Of a stretch of DNA of 64,000 nucleotides, positions 1 to 9,034 are shown in pieces (positions within the stretch are counted from its first letter, which is position 1; the number at the start of each line of letters is the position of its first letter). Under the pieces are notes generated by a model. That model made no database searches and had not been told where the DNA came from. It saw only the letters and a list, made by a program, of their open reading frames with translations. Position numbers and translations under genes: made by a program. Origin of the DNA: Microcoleus sp. (GTDB lineage Bacteria > Cyanobacteriota > Cyanobacteriia > Cyanobacteriales > Microcoleaceae); NCBI GenBank assembly GCA_052279835.1, contig CP181291.1:4160001-4224000 (forward strand), in the 5' to 3' direction.

Positions 1-1
1 A

Positions 2-331
2 CAGACATTAGAACAGACCTTTGGAAGACTCATCCGTCAAGCTCGCAAGGACAAAGGATTCTCACAACGTGAGCTAGCGGGTATGCTAAGTGTGGATTTT
101 ACCTATTTGTCGAAGTTGGAGAACGATCGCGCGGATTATGCGCCCAAAGAGGAGGTAATCCGATCGCTAGCACGGAATCTAGACATCAATGAGGAGGAAC
201 TAATTTTCTTGGCGGGTAGACTGCCACAGCAGTACGAAGCTTTGCTGAAACAGAATCCGAAGGAAATGCAGGCTCTTTTCCGGCGGATGCAAGAAAATCC
301 CGATTGGCTGAAAAATTCTTTGCAACCGTAA
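2..331 (+). CDS. XRE-family helix-turn-helix regulator (5' end outside window)
   Basis: Frame is open from base 2: QTLEQTFGRLIRQARKDKGFSQRELAGMLSVDFTYLSKLEND, a typical HTH_3 signature. Confidence 0.9.
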   Translation, partial: QTLEQTFGRLIRQARKDKGFSQRELAGMLSVDFTYLSKLENDRADYAPKEEVIRSLARNLDINEEELIFLAGRLPQQYEALLKQNPKEMQALFRRMQENPDWLKNSLQP

Positions 332-346
332 GAGAGGGCTCTCAAA

Positions 347-1036
347 GTGAGTATCTTTAAGCCGTATTGCTTCTACCCCAAAGAATCGATCGAGGGTTTG
401 GCAAATGACATTCTGATGCAGATGCAAAAAACCCGAAATTTTGCTCCGAGATGGCCTTTTGAGGCGACAATGGTGGCTGATTTCCTGGATTTAGGAGTAG
501 TTTGGGACTGGATTGAACCTGATGAAGAGGGTGCGATCGCTGCTAGAATTTTGCCGCAGCAACGGTTAATTGAAATCAACGAACAGATTTTGGCAAAGCC
601 GTCTGGATTCATCGAATCTACCATCGCCCACGAAATTGGACACTGGGTGCTGCACATCAATCAAGACGCAGCAGACGGTGATGTGGAACCGTTGGAGTTA
701 AATTTGGACAACGGAGGAAACACGGCGCAGGATGTGGAGGAACCGTTTGTCTGTCGAGGTGCGAGTGCTGATACCAAAATTGCATCGATCGAATGGCAAG
801 CACAATATTTTGCCAGTTGTTTGTTGATGCCACGAGGTATTTTGGAGGAGAAAAGACAGGGACGGGATTTAACTAAATGGTCGCATTTATACAAAATGAG
901 GGATGAATTGGGAGTGAGTATTTCCAATTTGACTAATCGTTTGCAAGAGTTTGGTTGGATTTATATTCCGAAGGGAACTCGCGAGATTTATGCGGGGAAG
1001 GATGTAGCTAATGGACAACAGCGATTGTTTGGGTAA
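347..1036 (+). CDS. ImmA/IrrE-family metallo-endopeptidase
   Basis: HEXXH motif (TIAHEIGH), EWQAQYFASCLLMP motif and C-terminal HTH-like segment; lies directly after the XRE gene. Confidence 0.9.
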   Translation: MSIFKPYCFYPKESIEGLANDILMQMQKTRNFAPRWPFEATMVADFLDLGVVWDWIEPDEEGAIAARILPQQRLIEINEQILAKPSGFIESTIAHEIGHWVLHINQDAADGDVEPLELNLDNGGNTAQDVEEPFVCRGASADTKIASIEWQAQYFASCLLMPRGILEEKRQGRDLTKWSHLYKMRDELGVSISNLTNRLQEFGWIYIPKGTREIYAGKDVANGQQRLFG

Positions 1037-1081
1037 GCTGGTTTACGGTTGTTTTTGAGTGATTTAACCGCAGAGAGCGCA

Positions 1082-1239
1082 AATGGCGATAAAATCTTGA
1101 TAGGTTACGACGAATTTGGTCGCATCACCAGCGTTACCGATAAAAATTTACAGGTCACCAAATACGCTATCAAATTTTAGATAACGTTCAGAAATTATTT
1201 AATGATGCAGGCCTTAACGTAGGAGTAAAATATAATTAA
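1082..1239 (+). pseudogene. RHS/YD-repeat protein remnant joined to a probable toxin C-terminal tail
   Basis: 1082-1180 translates NGDKILIGYDEFGRITSVTDKNLQVTKY (YD repeat). A second frame, 1171-1239, gives QILDNVQKLFNDAGLNVGVKYN* and its stop abuts the ATG at 1240. Confidence 0.6.
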
Positions 1240-1827
1240 ATGGTAACTTCCGATCAAAAAATAAAAGCCTTTTTTGAAGATACAATATTTGACATAGATG
1301 ACAAGGATGAAATCGATGCTTTCTTTAATAATTATTCGGATCGTAAAGTAATTCAATGCTTATCTGATAAGTTAAAGTCTTTATCTACTGAAAGATATAG
1401 CGATGAACCTTCATGGGTATTAGGAGGAATTTTTGGGCGTATTTCAAATAAATACTCTCTTGACACACAATTATTTCCATTGTTAAATACTTGTACCCTT
1501 GTTGAAAAAAAAGTATTCTTGAATTTTTTATCAGGGTATTTTGAGAGGGCAGAACCTGATGTTGAGATCGTAGTTAAAATCGCCGAAGAGATTGCATATA
1601 TAATTGCTAATCCTGATGATTTTAAATGGGATCGAGAGACAATAGCTTTAGGAATTGAAGCAGTTTTTCTTGCTTATTTAAATGTAAATAATAAAAAGTT
1701 ATTTCATGTGGATAAAATAATCGAAAATAAACTCATAAAAATGTTAAAAATTTTTAAGGCATATCTATCGGATTTTCTTCCTGAGTCTCAAGTTCACCAG
1801 TTCCTTTTAAGAGATTTTCATGAATAG
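1240..1827 (+). CDS. Hypothetical AT-rich protein, candidate orphan immunity protein
   Basis: 195-aa ORF, visibly AT-rich, flanked by RHS and Hint fragments. Function is inferred from context only. Confidence 0.6.
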   Translation: MVTSDQKIKAFFEDTIFDIDDKDEIDAFFNNYSDRKVIQCLSDKLKSLSTERYSDEPSWVLGGIFGRISNKYSLDTQLFPLLNTCTLVEKKVFLNFLSGYFERAEPDVEIVVKIAEEIAYIIANPDDFKWDRETIALGIEAVFLAYLNVNNKKLFHVDKIIENKLIKMLKIFKAYLSDFLPESQVHQFLLRDFHE

Positions 1828-1836
1828 CCCTCTTCT

Positions 1837-1920
1837 GTCGATCGGGTTGAGAAACGAGAAGAACCGTTTGAGGTTTACAATTTTAATGTTGAGGGTATCC
1901 CGACTTTTTCCCAAAAATAA
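1837..1920 (+). pseudogene. Fragment of a polymorphic-toxin-type Hint (intein-like) domain
   Basis: Translates VDRVEKREEPFEVYNFNVEGIPTF, resembling the VYNFxVEGxxTY C-terminal block of Hint domains. Confidence 0.6.
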
Positions 1921-1988
1921 TGAGTTCTGAGTTTTGGATTCCGAGTTTAGTAAAAAACTCAAACCTCAAAACTCAAAACTCAAAATTC
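1921..1988. repeat. Inverted heptamer repeats (TTTTGAG/CTCAAAA type) between convergent genes
   Basis: tgagttctgagttttgg followed by ctcaaacctcaaaactcaaaactcaaaa. Confidence 0.6.
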
Positions 1989-2055
1989 TCCCAGACTAAT
2001 AACTGATTAAAACAGTCGATCGCCTGACACAATGAAGTAGACCTGAGACTATCAA

Positions 2056-2817
2056 TTACCGACCCCGGCGAGGCACCATCGTCTCGATATTGATATTAGC
2101 CAGAGGAACGCGCTGTGGAGGAGTAGCAGGCGCTGGCATATTGCGAGCCATACCCAGGTAATTTGCCGGATCTCCAGCTCTGAGCTGCTTCTCTTGAGGC
2201 ACAAAACGGCGTACAGAGCTCTGCCAAATGATTTGTGGGAAGCCAAGCTGCGAGCGGTGGTACTCACCGTAGCGAGGAGTCTTCAAGTTAAAGGGTGTCT
2301 CCCCTGCAACTCGCTGAGGCAAGATGCGGCGCTGCTGATAAGGCACTGTATCGTAGCCGAACTTATTCAGGTACTCATCGCTATTGAGCAAGTCGTCAAT
2401 AAAGCCTTGAGGCCCTTTATTAGCTACGACGATCGACCAAGCAATCTTTTCGCGCTCGCTGTAAACATCCCGGCCCAAAATGCGCTGAACGCACATTTCG
2501 ACAAAGCGGTAGTTGCTGTTAGTTTGATAATTCCGTTCCAAGAAAGGGAACGAAGTAGCCAAACCGCGAATAAAATCCCGCACTGTAATTTGGCCGAACT
2601 TGAGTTGCGACTCCAAAGACTTTTGGCGGTTGCTCTTAAGGATTTGGTGTTCGCTGTAAATCTGGCGATATCCAGCCCAAATCAAATTTTCCATGTCCCC
2701 CGACGAGAGCACATTTTCAGTTGTGAAAATTCTGGGCTGCTCGTCGCCTCCGACTTCATAGCCAGCTACGCGCTGGTTTTGGCTCTTAGGAGCGTAGTTC
2801 AACAAAGGAAGCGCCAC
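2056..2817 (-). CDS. cpcG: Phycobilisome rod-core linker polypeptide
   Basis: [23 protein letters not shown]-terminus and PBS linker domain ([25 protein letters not shown]). Confidence 0.95.
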   Translation of the reverse strand: MALPLLNYAPKSQNQRVAGYEVGGDEQPRIFTTENVLSSGDMENLIWAGYRQIYSEHQILKSNRQKSLESQLKFGQITVRDFIRGLATSFPFLERNYQTNSNYRFVEMCVQRILGRDVYSEREKIAWSIVVANKGPQGFIDDLLNSDEYLNKFGYDTVPYQQRRILPQRVAGETPFNLKTPRYGEYHRSQLGFPQIIWQSSVRRFVPQEKQLRAGDPANYLGMARNMPAPATPPQRVPLANINIETMVPRRGR

Positions 2818-2874
2818 GTTATAATCTCCGTTATCTCAAATTTTCACAAATAGCTGATACTGCGATCGGCCAGC

Positions 2875-3075
2875 TTGACACTCTCAGGGCTGAAGCCACT
2901 GAGATTCTTGGTTCACTGATATACCTTTAAACTGTCCATCCTTTCGGCAATATTTAAACCTAAAATCCGTTCAATTGAACCAAGTTTTGAGCCTAATTTA
3001 AACAGCCTTAGAGGGCTTATCTCCCCAAGCGTTAGAGAATCACTTCTCTTGTTTCCGTGTGCCCCACGGTACACC
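2875..3075 (-). mobile_element. IS200/IS605 right-end / TnpB omega-RNA remnant without ORF
   Basis: Minus strand reads taccgtggggcacacggaa...aacgcttggggag, matching the tnpB 3' end at about 6878-6930, and ends in the hairpin aagaatctcagtggcttcagccctgagagtgTCAA. Confidence 0.75.
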
Positions 3076-3196
3076 TAATTAAATAGATTAGGGGATTCTC
3101 GCAGCCTAAATCTGATTTTCCTGAATTTTTGCAACAATCTGTAATATTGTTGACGGTTGACGGTTGTCAGTTGGCTGTTGGCTACCAACAACCAAA

Positions 3197-3796
3197 TTAC
3201 CAGCCCAAGGCTGAGTAGAACTTGGTAGTGACTGGCTGAGCCTCTGCTGCTGGCTTCGTGGCATCGGCATCGGGTTCCACGCGAACTTCTGTACAAAAAG
3301 TGGAAGTGCTGAAACCGCCAAAGCGCTTTACCGTACTTGTCCGCATCCGTACATTGGGACCTGCGAACCAGAAACGCTCGATCGAGCTCATAGTCTCGTA
3401 TTCGGTAATCAGCAGCAGCCCATCCTCATCATCCATCTCAAAACGACCAGCCACCGGCACAATTTCCGCATAGCCACGTTCCCGCAACATCAAACCTTGG
3501 CGCGGCTTTTCAGGATCGGGGACGATCGCGAACACCGTAGAGCCTTTATGATTCTCATCATCCTTATCCCAGGCCATGGAGCCATGCCAAGTCACAAAAG
3601 CGCCTCCGGCAGCCCGACTGGGCTCAATTTCGTGCATCTGACAAATCTCGGCTACTCGCGTGTCATCGGCACCAAGGGCCGTCACCTCAATATTGGAATC
3701 CCCAATTTCCGTTTGGCGGAAAGGGAGGTGGTGAGTGCTGCGCTGCGATCGCCACTTCCCTGCACTGCTGTGAAAAAACTCCATTGCATCCATCAT
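3197..3796 (-). CDS. cpcS: Phycobiliprotein lyase, CpcS/CpeS family
   Basis: EFFHSSAGKWRSQRSTHHL, RERGYAE and ERFWF motifs. Confidence 0.9.
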   Translation of the reverse strand: MMDAMEFFHSSAGKWRSQRSTHHLPFRQTEIGDSNIEVTALGADDTRVAEICQMHEIEPSRAAGGAFVTWHGSMAWDKDDENHKGSTVFAIVPDPEKPRQGLMLRERGYAEIVPVAGRFEMDDEDGLLLITEYETMSSIERFWFAGPNVRMRTSTVKRFGGFSTSTFCTEVRVEPDADATKPAAEAQPVTTKFYSALGW

Positions 3797-4028
3797 AAAT
3801 AGCTCCTTTGGCTTAGTCTTCGCGGTTTGTACGTTTTTTTATGATAAAGCTCCCCCCACTTAGATGTACTTTTATGGCACAAATTAGTAGCAAAATGTGC
3901 ACCTTGGACAGATTGTCAAGTGAATGTTATGATAGTTTACAATGTAGGAACAAAAGAAATCCAGCGAAACGTGATTTCGATATATCTGATTTCGATTTAT
4001 CTCATGTAGCAAAGTGGAGGAGCGATTT

Positions 4029-4196
4029 ATGGATATGCCTATAAGTCTGAGCATGGAACAGCAGTTCAAACTGCAAGTGTTGCGAGAACAAGTCAAAACC
4101 TTAAGTCAAAATGAAGCTCAGGAATATCTACTAGAGGTGATGCGGCAAAATATGGTCAAAGAAAACCTATTGAAGTTTTGGATGAAGAAAGGCTGA
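4029..4196 (+). CDS. nblA: Phycobilisome degradation protein NblA
   Basis: SLSMEQQFKLQVLREQVKTLSQNEAQEYLLEVMRQNMVKEN signature; ATG at 4029. Confidence 0.9.
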   Translation: MDMPISLSMEQQFKLQVLREQVKTLSQNEAQEYLLEVMRQNMVKENLLKFWMKKG

Positions 4197-4342
4197 TCGA
4201 GTTGGCTGAAGCAGAAGTCGGGAATTTGCCGCAGGATTCCCACAACTCCCGACTTCTGGAATTTCTCCTAGAATACCCAAAAAGCTGGCGCACAACAGGC
4301 TGTTTGCCCTGTTCTACAGCAATTATGGGAGATGTCTGATAT

Positions 4343-5452
4343 TTAACCTTTGATAACTTGTCGCATTTGCTCCCAGTGCGATCGATATTGTGCGATCGCC
4401 CGATCGCCAAAAGGCAGTAGAAACTCGCTGCGATCGAGAATCTTGGCATCGGGTAATAGTACAGGATTAGTCCGAACCTCCTCCGGCAAATTCTCCGGTT
4501 TCATCCCCACAACAATCGGCGAACTAACTTTACTCAGCAAAGATAATTGAGGCGCAACAGAAGGTTGCAAACAAAAATTAATCCATTTTGCTACTAAGGG
4601 TACTGGATTTCCTGACGCAGGTTCTACCCACAAATCTGTCCAAAGTGCAGTGCCCGCCAGGGGAACTACTAAGGCTAGATCTTTTTGAGTTGCCAGCAGT
4701 GGTAGGATGTCTGCTGATGAACCAACGGCTAACCAAGTATCACCTAAAATCAAAGGTTGCAGGTAAGCATCGGAACTATAAAATTTAACTTGCTGATGTA
4801 ATTTTGCCAGTTCTGTTTTGAGGTTAGAAACTTTATCTAACTCCTGGGTATTGTAGGATTTGCCTAACTTTTTTAAAGTTAAACCAATGACTTCTCTGGC
4901 ATTGTTCGGTAGAGAAAGGCGATCGCGCAATTCCTCACGCCATAGGTCTTTCCAATCTGTAGGAGTCCATCCCAAAGCCTTAAATTTGTCAGTGCGGTAG
5001 GCAATTACAGTGCTTCCCCACCGATAAGGTGTGGCCCAAATTTTACCTTTAGGGTCTAACTGACCCTCATTATTTCGTCTTACCAGTGTTCGCCATCTTT
5101 CGGGGATTTGTGGCCAGTTAGAAAATTTCTGGGGATCGATCGGTCTAATTAATTCTTGCCTAATTGCCAAAGTCAGCCAGTAATCTCCCAGCATCACTAA
5201 GTCAGCTTGATTTTTGGTTTGGGGACTCCGTTTCCAGTCTTGCAATAGGGCGAACAATTCTGTTAATTGGGTTGACTGCGTTACCTGCAAAACTGAAGAG
5301 GGTTTTGAATCGAGGCTAAACTTGCTGACGAGTTGGGCCGGAATCGCATTTTTGAGCGATCGAATTTTGAGACTAGGCTTCGACTCACACGCAGCAGCCA
5401 ATTGACTTAAAGTTAGGGTAGCTGTCCCCAATAGCAAAGACCTTCGTTTCAC
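4343..5452 (-). CDS. ABC transporter substrate-binding lipoprotein (PotD/polyamine-like)
   Basis: KRRSLL/AAAC signal peptide; PYRWGSTVIAY and PTDWKDLW motifs. Confidence 0.85.
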   Translation of the reverse strand: MKRRSLLLGTATLTLSQLAAACESKPSLKIRSLKNAIPAQLVSKFSLDSKPSSVLQVTQSTQLTELFALLQDWKRSPQTKNQADLVMLGDYWLTLAIRQELIRPIDPQKFSNWPQIPERWRTLVRRNNEGQLDPKGKIWATPYRWGSTVIAYRTDKFKALGWTPTDWKDLWREELRDRLSLPNNAREVIGLTLKKLGKSYNTQELDKVSNLKTELAKLHQQVKFYSSDAYLQPLILGDTWLAVGSSADILPLLATQKDLALVVPLAGTALWTDLWVEPASGNPVPLVAKWINFCLQPSVAPQLSLLSKVSSPIVVGMKPENLPEEVRTNPVLLPDAKILDRSEFLLPFGDRAIAQYRSHWEQMRQVIKG

Positions 5453-6023
5453 TTTTGAATGCGCTTTTCTAAATATTTACCGATGGTTTTGTGTTCTGTG
5501 GCCGGAGAAATAATCTTTGGTCGAATCCAGTACGGGGAGGCGATTTGTGTTATTTCTTCCTCAAACACAGAGCCATTGTACTCGGTTTTTCCACACAAAG
5601 TTGCAGCCTGGGCTGCTGAAAATTCTCTTTTTGAGGGCGTAATCGTCCCCAAGCCGCCGTGGCCCTCACTTTGGCGATCGCAAACATGAGGTACAGCAGC
5701 CCAGGGGCAATTTACTTTTACGAAGGGGAACACCACTAATTGACGCCACGGATAGATTGACGCTCTGGTCGATCGCAGACCATATTTTTTATTTAACAAC
5801 GGATGAATCTGGAGGAAGACACCCAAGGCATGAAGGTCAAGGAAACTTTCAAATTGAGGAACAAATACCTATAATTTTTGCTGAAATGTATCGCCTCAAT
5901 CTACCCTCATGATTTATATCACAAGAGTTGGCTCAAAAATTAAATAATTTGGTGATAAATCACACTTATGTAATCATTTGCCTAATATATAAACATATAA
6001 GTTAAGATACACAGGACTGATTT

Positions 6024-6407
6024 ATGGAAGCGCTTCGTCAACAAGTTTCACTATTGACTGAAAAAGTCAATGACCTCTACAAACTCATAGAAAATCTCAA
6101 TCAAAATTTATTGGAGTCAGCTAACCAAACTAAGCTAGTCCAGCAACAGAACAACCAGCGATCGAGCATCGAAGGCAGTGAGGCGATCTCTGCCTACCCC
6201 GCCTACAGCAGTCTCGACGCGATGCTCGATCACAAAGACATCCTATTGGATGACAGTTACTTTGACAAAAATTCTCAAAACCTCGAAAAAGAACTGACAA
6301 CCGATATTCAAATCCAGCGCCTAACCGCGCAGCTCACAGCAGCTTACAATCGGATTGCCGCCCTGGAGGAACAGTTGCTGTCAAAAAGAATACACTCACA
6401 AAAATAG
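6024..6407 (+). CDS. Hypothetical coiled-coil protein
   Basis: 127 aa with heptad-rich ends (QIQRLTAQLTAAYNRIAALEEQLL). Confidence 0.8.
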   Translation: MEALRQQVSLLTEKVNDLYKLIENLNQNLLESANQTKLVQQQNNQRSSIEGSEAISAYPAYSSLDAMLDHKDILLDDSYFDKNSQNLEKELTTDIQIQRLTAQLTAAYNRIAALEEQLLSKRIHSQK

Positions 6408-6489
6408 ACAAGTTTCATTGAAAAATGATAGTAGATATCTCAACAAAAATTCGTCACCAAATATAGCCACTTCCACCAGGAATTTAGTT

Positions 6490-7022
6490 GTCAGAAAACA
6501 GGGTTGAAAACCCCGTCCTTTTAGGACGGCTTTAATTGTAAAAACATGCTGTGAAATTAGCAAGGTGCGTAATCTCATCAAACGATGTAGTGGTCTACGA
6601 AGATTTGAGAATCAAAAACATGGTGAAAAATCCTTGTCTGGCTAAGTCTATTAACGATGCTTCTTGGTATCATTTCCGTATCTGGATTGAATACTTTGGC
6701 AAAGTATTTCAGAGAGTAACGGTTGCGGTGAATCCCCAATACACCAGCCAAGAATGCTCTAGTTGCGGTGAAATTGTCAAGAAAACACTATCTACCAGAA
6801 CTCACGTTTGCAAGTGTGGTTGTACGCTTGATAGAGATTTTAACGCAGCTAGAAACATCCTGAATCGAGGATTGGGTACGGTAGGGCATACCGAAACCTT
6901 TGCATTAGATGCAAGCAACGCTTTAGGAGAATTGACCTCTACTTTTGCTGGAGAAATCCTGCATCAGCAAGTTGGCTCGTAGATTAAAAAATCCCTGCGC
7001 GTTCACGCCAGCGGAGTGTCAA
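6490..7022 (+). mobile_element. tnpB: Internally deleted IS200/IS605 element carrying a truncated tnpB (6551-6982)
   Basis: Left-end hairpin aaccccgtccttttaggacggc. The ORF keeps VVYEDL, the zinc finger and DRDFNAA but lacks the N-terminal half and RuvC-I. Right end is cgccagcggagtgTCAA. Confidence 0.85.
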
Positions 7023-8113
7023 AAGCGCGAGGCTAAACCTTCAACAGCTTCTAGAAGTTGGGATGGAGTCCAATTTGCCATGATGTTAGATGCGATCGCA
7101 CACGCTCCAGCACCGACACCTTCTTTGACATATCCGCGATCGTAAGCTTGAAGTTGGGGATAAGCAGAACCTGCAAAACTTAGCTGTGCCGCCAACAAAG
7201 GTACACCGCCTACTTCATTAGCGAGTCCTACCGTGTCCCCTGTAGGGTCTTGAGCCACCCAGCCAGTGGTCCCCACCACCACTCGTTCGGGACACCATAC
7301 AAGAGCATATTCGCGGGCGATCGCCTCCATCAAAGCATAGACAGCCAGCATTTGAGTGCCACCAGCCAGCATGACGCCACAAGTCCGACTCGCCGCGATC
7401 GCCATTGCCGCCGTCGCTATCTGCATGGGATCTCCCACCGCAGCCACCAATTCCAGAGGAGATATTTTCCCCCCCATTTTCCAGCCCACCATCTCTAGTC
7501 CTGTGGTGACTGCGACCAATTTTTGAGCATGATTGCACTGAAGGTGACTGCTATTAACCTTCCCCGCCGCCGCTATACCCAAGCCCATTAATACAGCCAA
7601 AGCCGTAGTCGTACCGCCAACCACGCACTCCCCTAAAATGAGGTAGCTATCATCGGTGGTAGCAGCTAATTCAGCTCCCCACATTAATCCTTGTACCAGC
7701 AAATGTTCCACTGTTTCCAGTGGTAAAGCCCTCCCCGATGTCAGACATTTGGCCCTTTGCCCCCCTAAATCTATGGTAGGTACGGGAGGAAGCAAGGGCA
7801 AACCAGCGTTAAATAGGTAAAGGGGAATTTCCAAAGCCTCGACTACAGCACGAGATATCAGTACCGGCGAGGCGCCTGCTTCTAGGGGTGGCAAGGGATA
7901 TTGGGGCTGAATTTGGGGGCCGTTATACAAAAATTCTGCATCTGCTAAACAGGTAAATTGGCGATCGTGGGGAGTTGCACCTGCTGCGGAAATACCGGGA
8001 ATTAAGCCAGTATCAGTAAATCCTAAAATGCAGGCAAATATGGGTTTTTTCCCCCGATAGGATTCCACCCACCTTTTGCCCTGTTGAATTTCTGTATAAA
8101 TATCAATCATCAT
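7019..8113 (-). CDS. cobT: Nicotinate-mononucleotide-dependent phosphoribosyltransferase CobT (cyanobacterial/archaeal type)
   Basis: IPGISAAG, GECVVGGTTTA, LAGGTQM and GYVKEGVGAG motifs. Confidence 0.9.
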   Translation of the reverse strand: MMIDIYTEIQQGKRWVESYRGKKPIFACILGFTDTGLIPGISAAGATPHDRQFTCLADAEFLYNGPQIQPQYPLPPLEAGASPVLISRAVVEALEIPLYLFNAGLPLLPPVPTIDLGGQRAKCLTSGRALPLETVEHLLVQGLMWGAELAATTDDSYLILGECVVGGTTTALAVLMGLGIAAAGKVNSSHLQCNHAQKLVAVTTGLEMVGWKMGGKISPLELVAAVGDPMQIATAAMAIAASRTCGVMLAGGTQMLAVYALMEAIAREYALVWCPERVVVGTTGWVAQDPTGDTVGLANEVGGVPLLAAQLSFAGSAYPQLQAYDRGYVKEGVGAGACAIASNIMANWTPSQLLEAVEGLASRF

Positions 8114-8141
8114 TAGTTATTAGTTATTGGGTCTTCAATAA

Positions 8142-8912
8142 CTATTCTTCGTAATCAATCAAAACTTGTACCCAGCGTGGTGGTCGGGGGATGGGATTTC
8201 CTAAACGATCTAACAACAGCAAAGCTACTAAATGTACTACGAATAAATAGATAATATTATTAACTAAAATCATCCCGGCCGCGATCGCCTGAATCGTGTT
8301 CAAACTCGGCACGCTCAGCCAACCTAGTTTCACAAACACCCATTCCACCATCTCTGCTACTTGGGCGGTGACATAAACCCAGAGGTCTTGGCCCACCAAG
8401 GCTGACAGCAGCCAAAACCGAAAAAAGAAGCCAAAAGTCCCAATTAGCGCGCCCAAACTAATCGAAACAGACCAACTGGTTTTGCGCATCCACAGTCCTC
8501 CGAGGGCAACTCCCATGATCCCAAAAGGTATGACGTATAAAATGCTGCGGGTCGGACCCATGAGTACCGATAGTAACAAACCCGAAACTAAAGCCGCCAT
8601 CCAAGCGGCCCGCTGACCCCAGCGCAGGTAGACTAGGGCAATGGGTACTGGAAAGAAGACTCGCAGCAAAGGTCCCAGTGGAAAGTAGTAATTGACTAGC
8701 CAAATCAAGCTAGCGGTACTTGCTAAAAATGCCGTTTCCACTAGCCTCAAAGGTGCGGTGCTAGATCTGTCTGAGGTTCGGTCTGGGCTGTCTGAGTCTG
8801 GATTTGTGCGATCGGCGGACAAAGCTGAAATAGCTGGGTGCTGCGGGTCGTTATTTGTATTAGGCGAACTGCTCACATTTGATGCAGAATCTGCTGAGAA
8901 AAAATCACTCAT
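8142..8912 (-). CDS. DUF2232-type membrane protein
   Basis: LVETAFLAS motif, several hydrophobic helices and LGNPIPRPPRW end. Confidence 0.8.
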   Translation of the reverse strand: MSDFFSADSASNVSSSPNTNNDPQHPAISALSADRTNPDSDSPDRTSDRSSTAPLRLVETAFLASTASLIWLVNYYFPLGPLLRVFFPVPIALVYLRWGQRAAWMAALVSGLLLSVLMGPTRSILYVIPFGIMGVALGGLWMRKTSWSVSISLGALIGTFGFFFRFWLLSALVGQDLWVYVTAQVAEMVEWVFVKLGWLSVPSLNTIQAIAAGMILVNNIIYLFVVHLVALLLLDRLGNPIPRPPRWVQVLIDYEE

Positions 8913-9034
8913 CCGATTTTAGATTTTATATTTTAAATTTTAGGTTTCACCAGACTAGAAACCAGTTTTTTTGAGTCGATAAATCCTAGCCCAATTTAAT
9001 ATTTATCCCAAACTTCTGGTTTCTGGTCGTCAGT

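Noticed and set aside
2194..2853. 219-aa plus-strand ORF and similar antisense ORFs (e.g. 20807-21349, 22740-23300, 33891-34424)
   Set aside because: Shadow frames of well-supported genes on the opposite strand.
5449..5826. 125-aa minus-strand ORF overlapping the ABC binding protein start
   Set aside because: TTG start and no recognisable motif; it cannot be supported, although the GTGA overlap leaves it possible.
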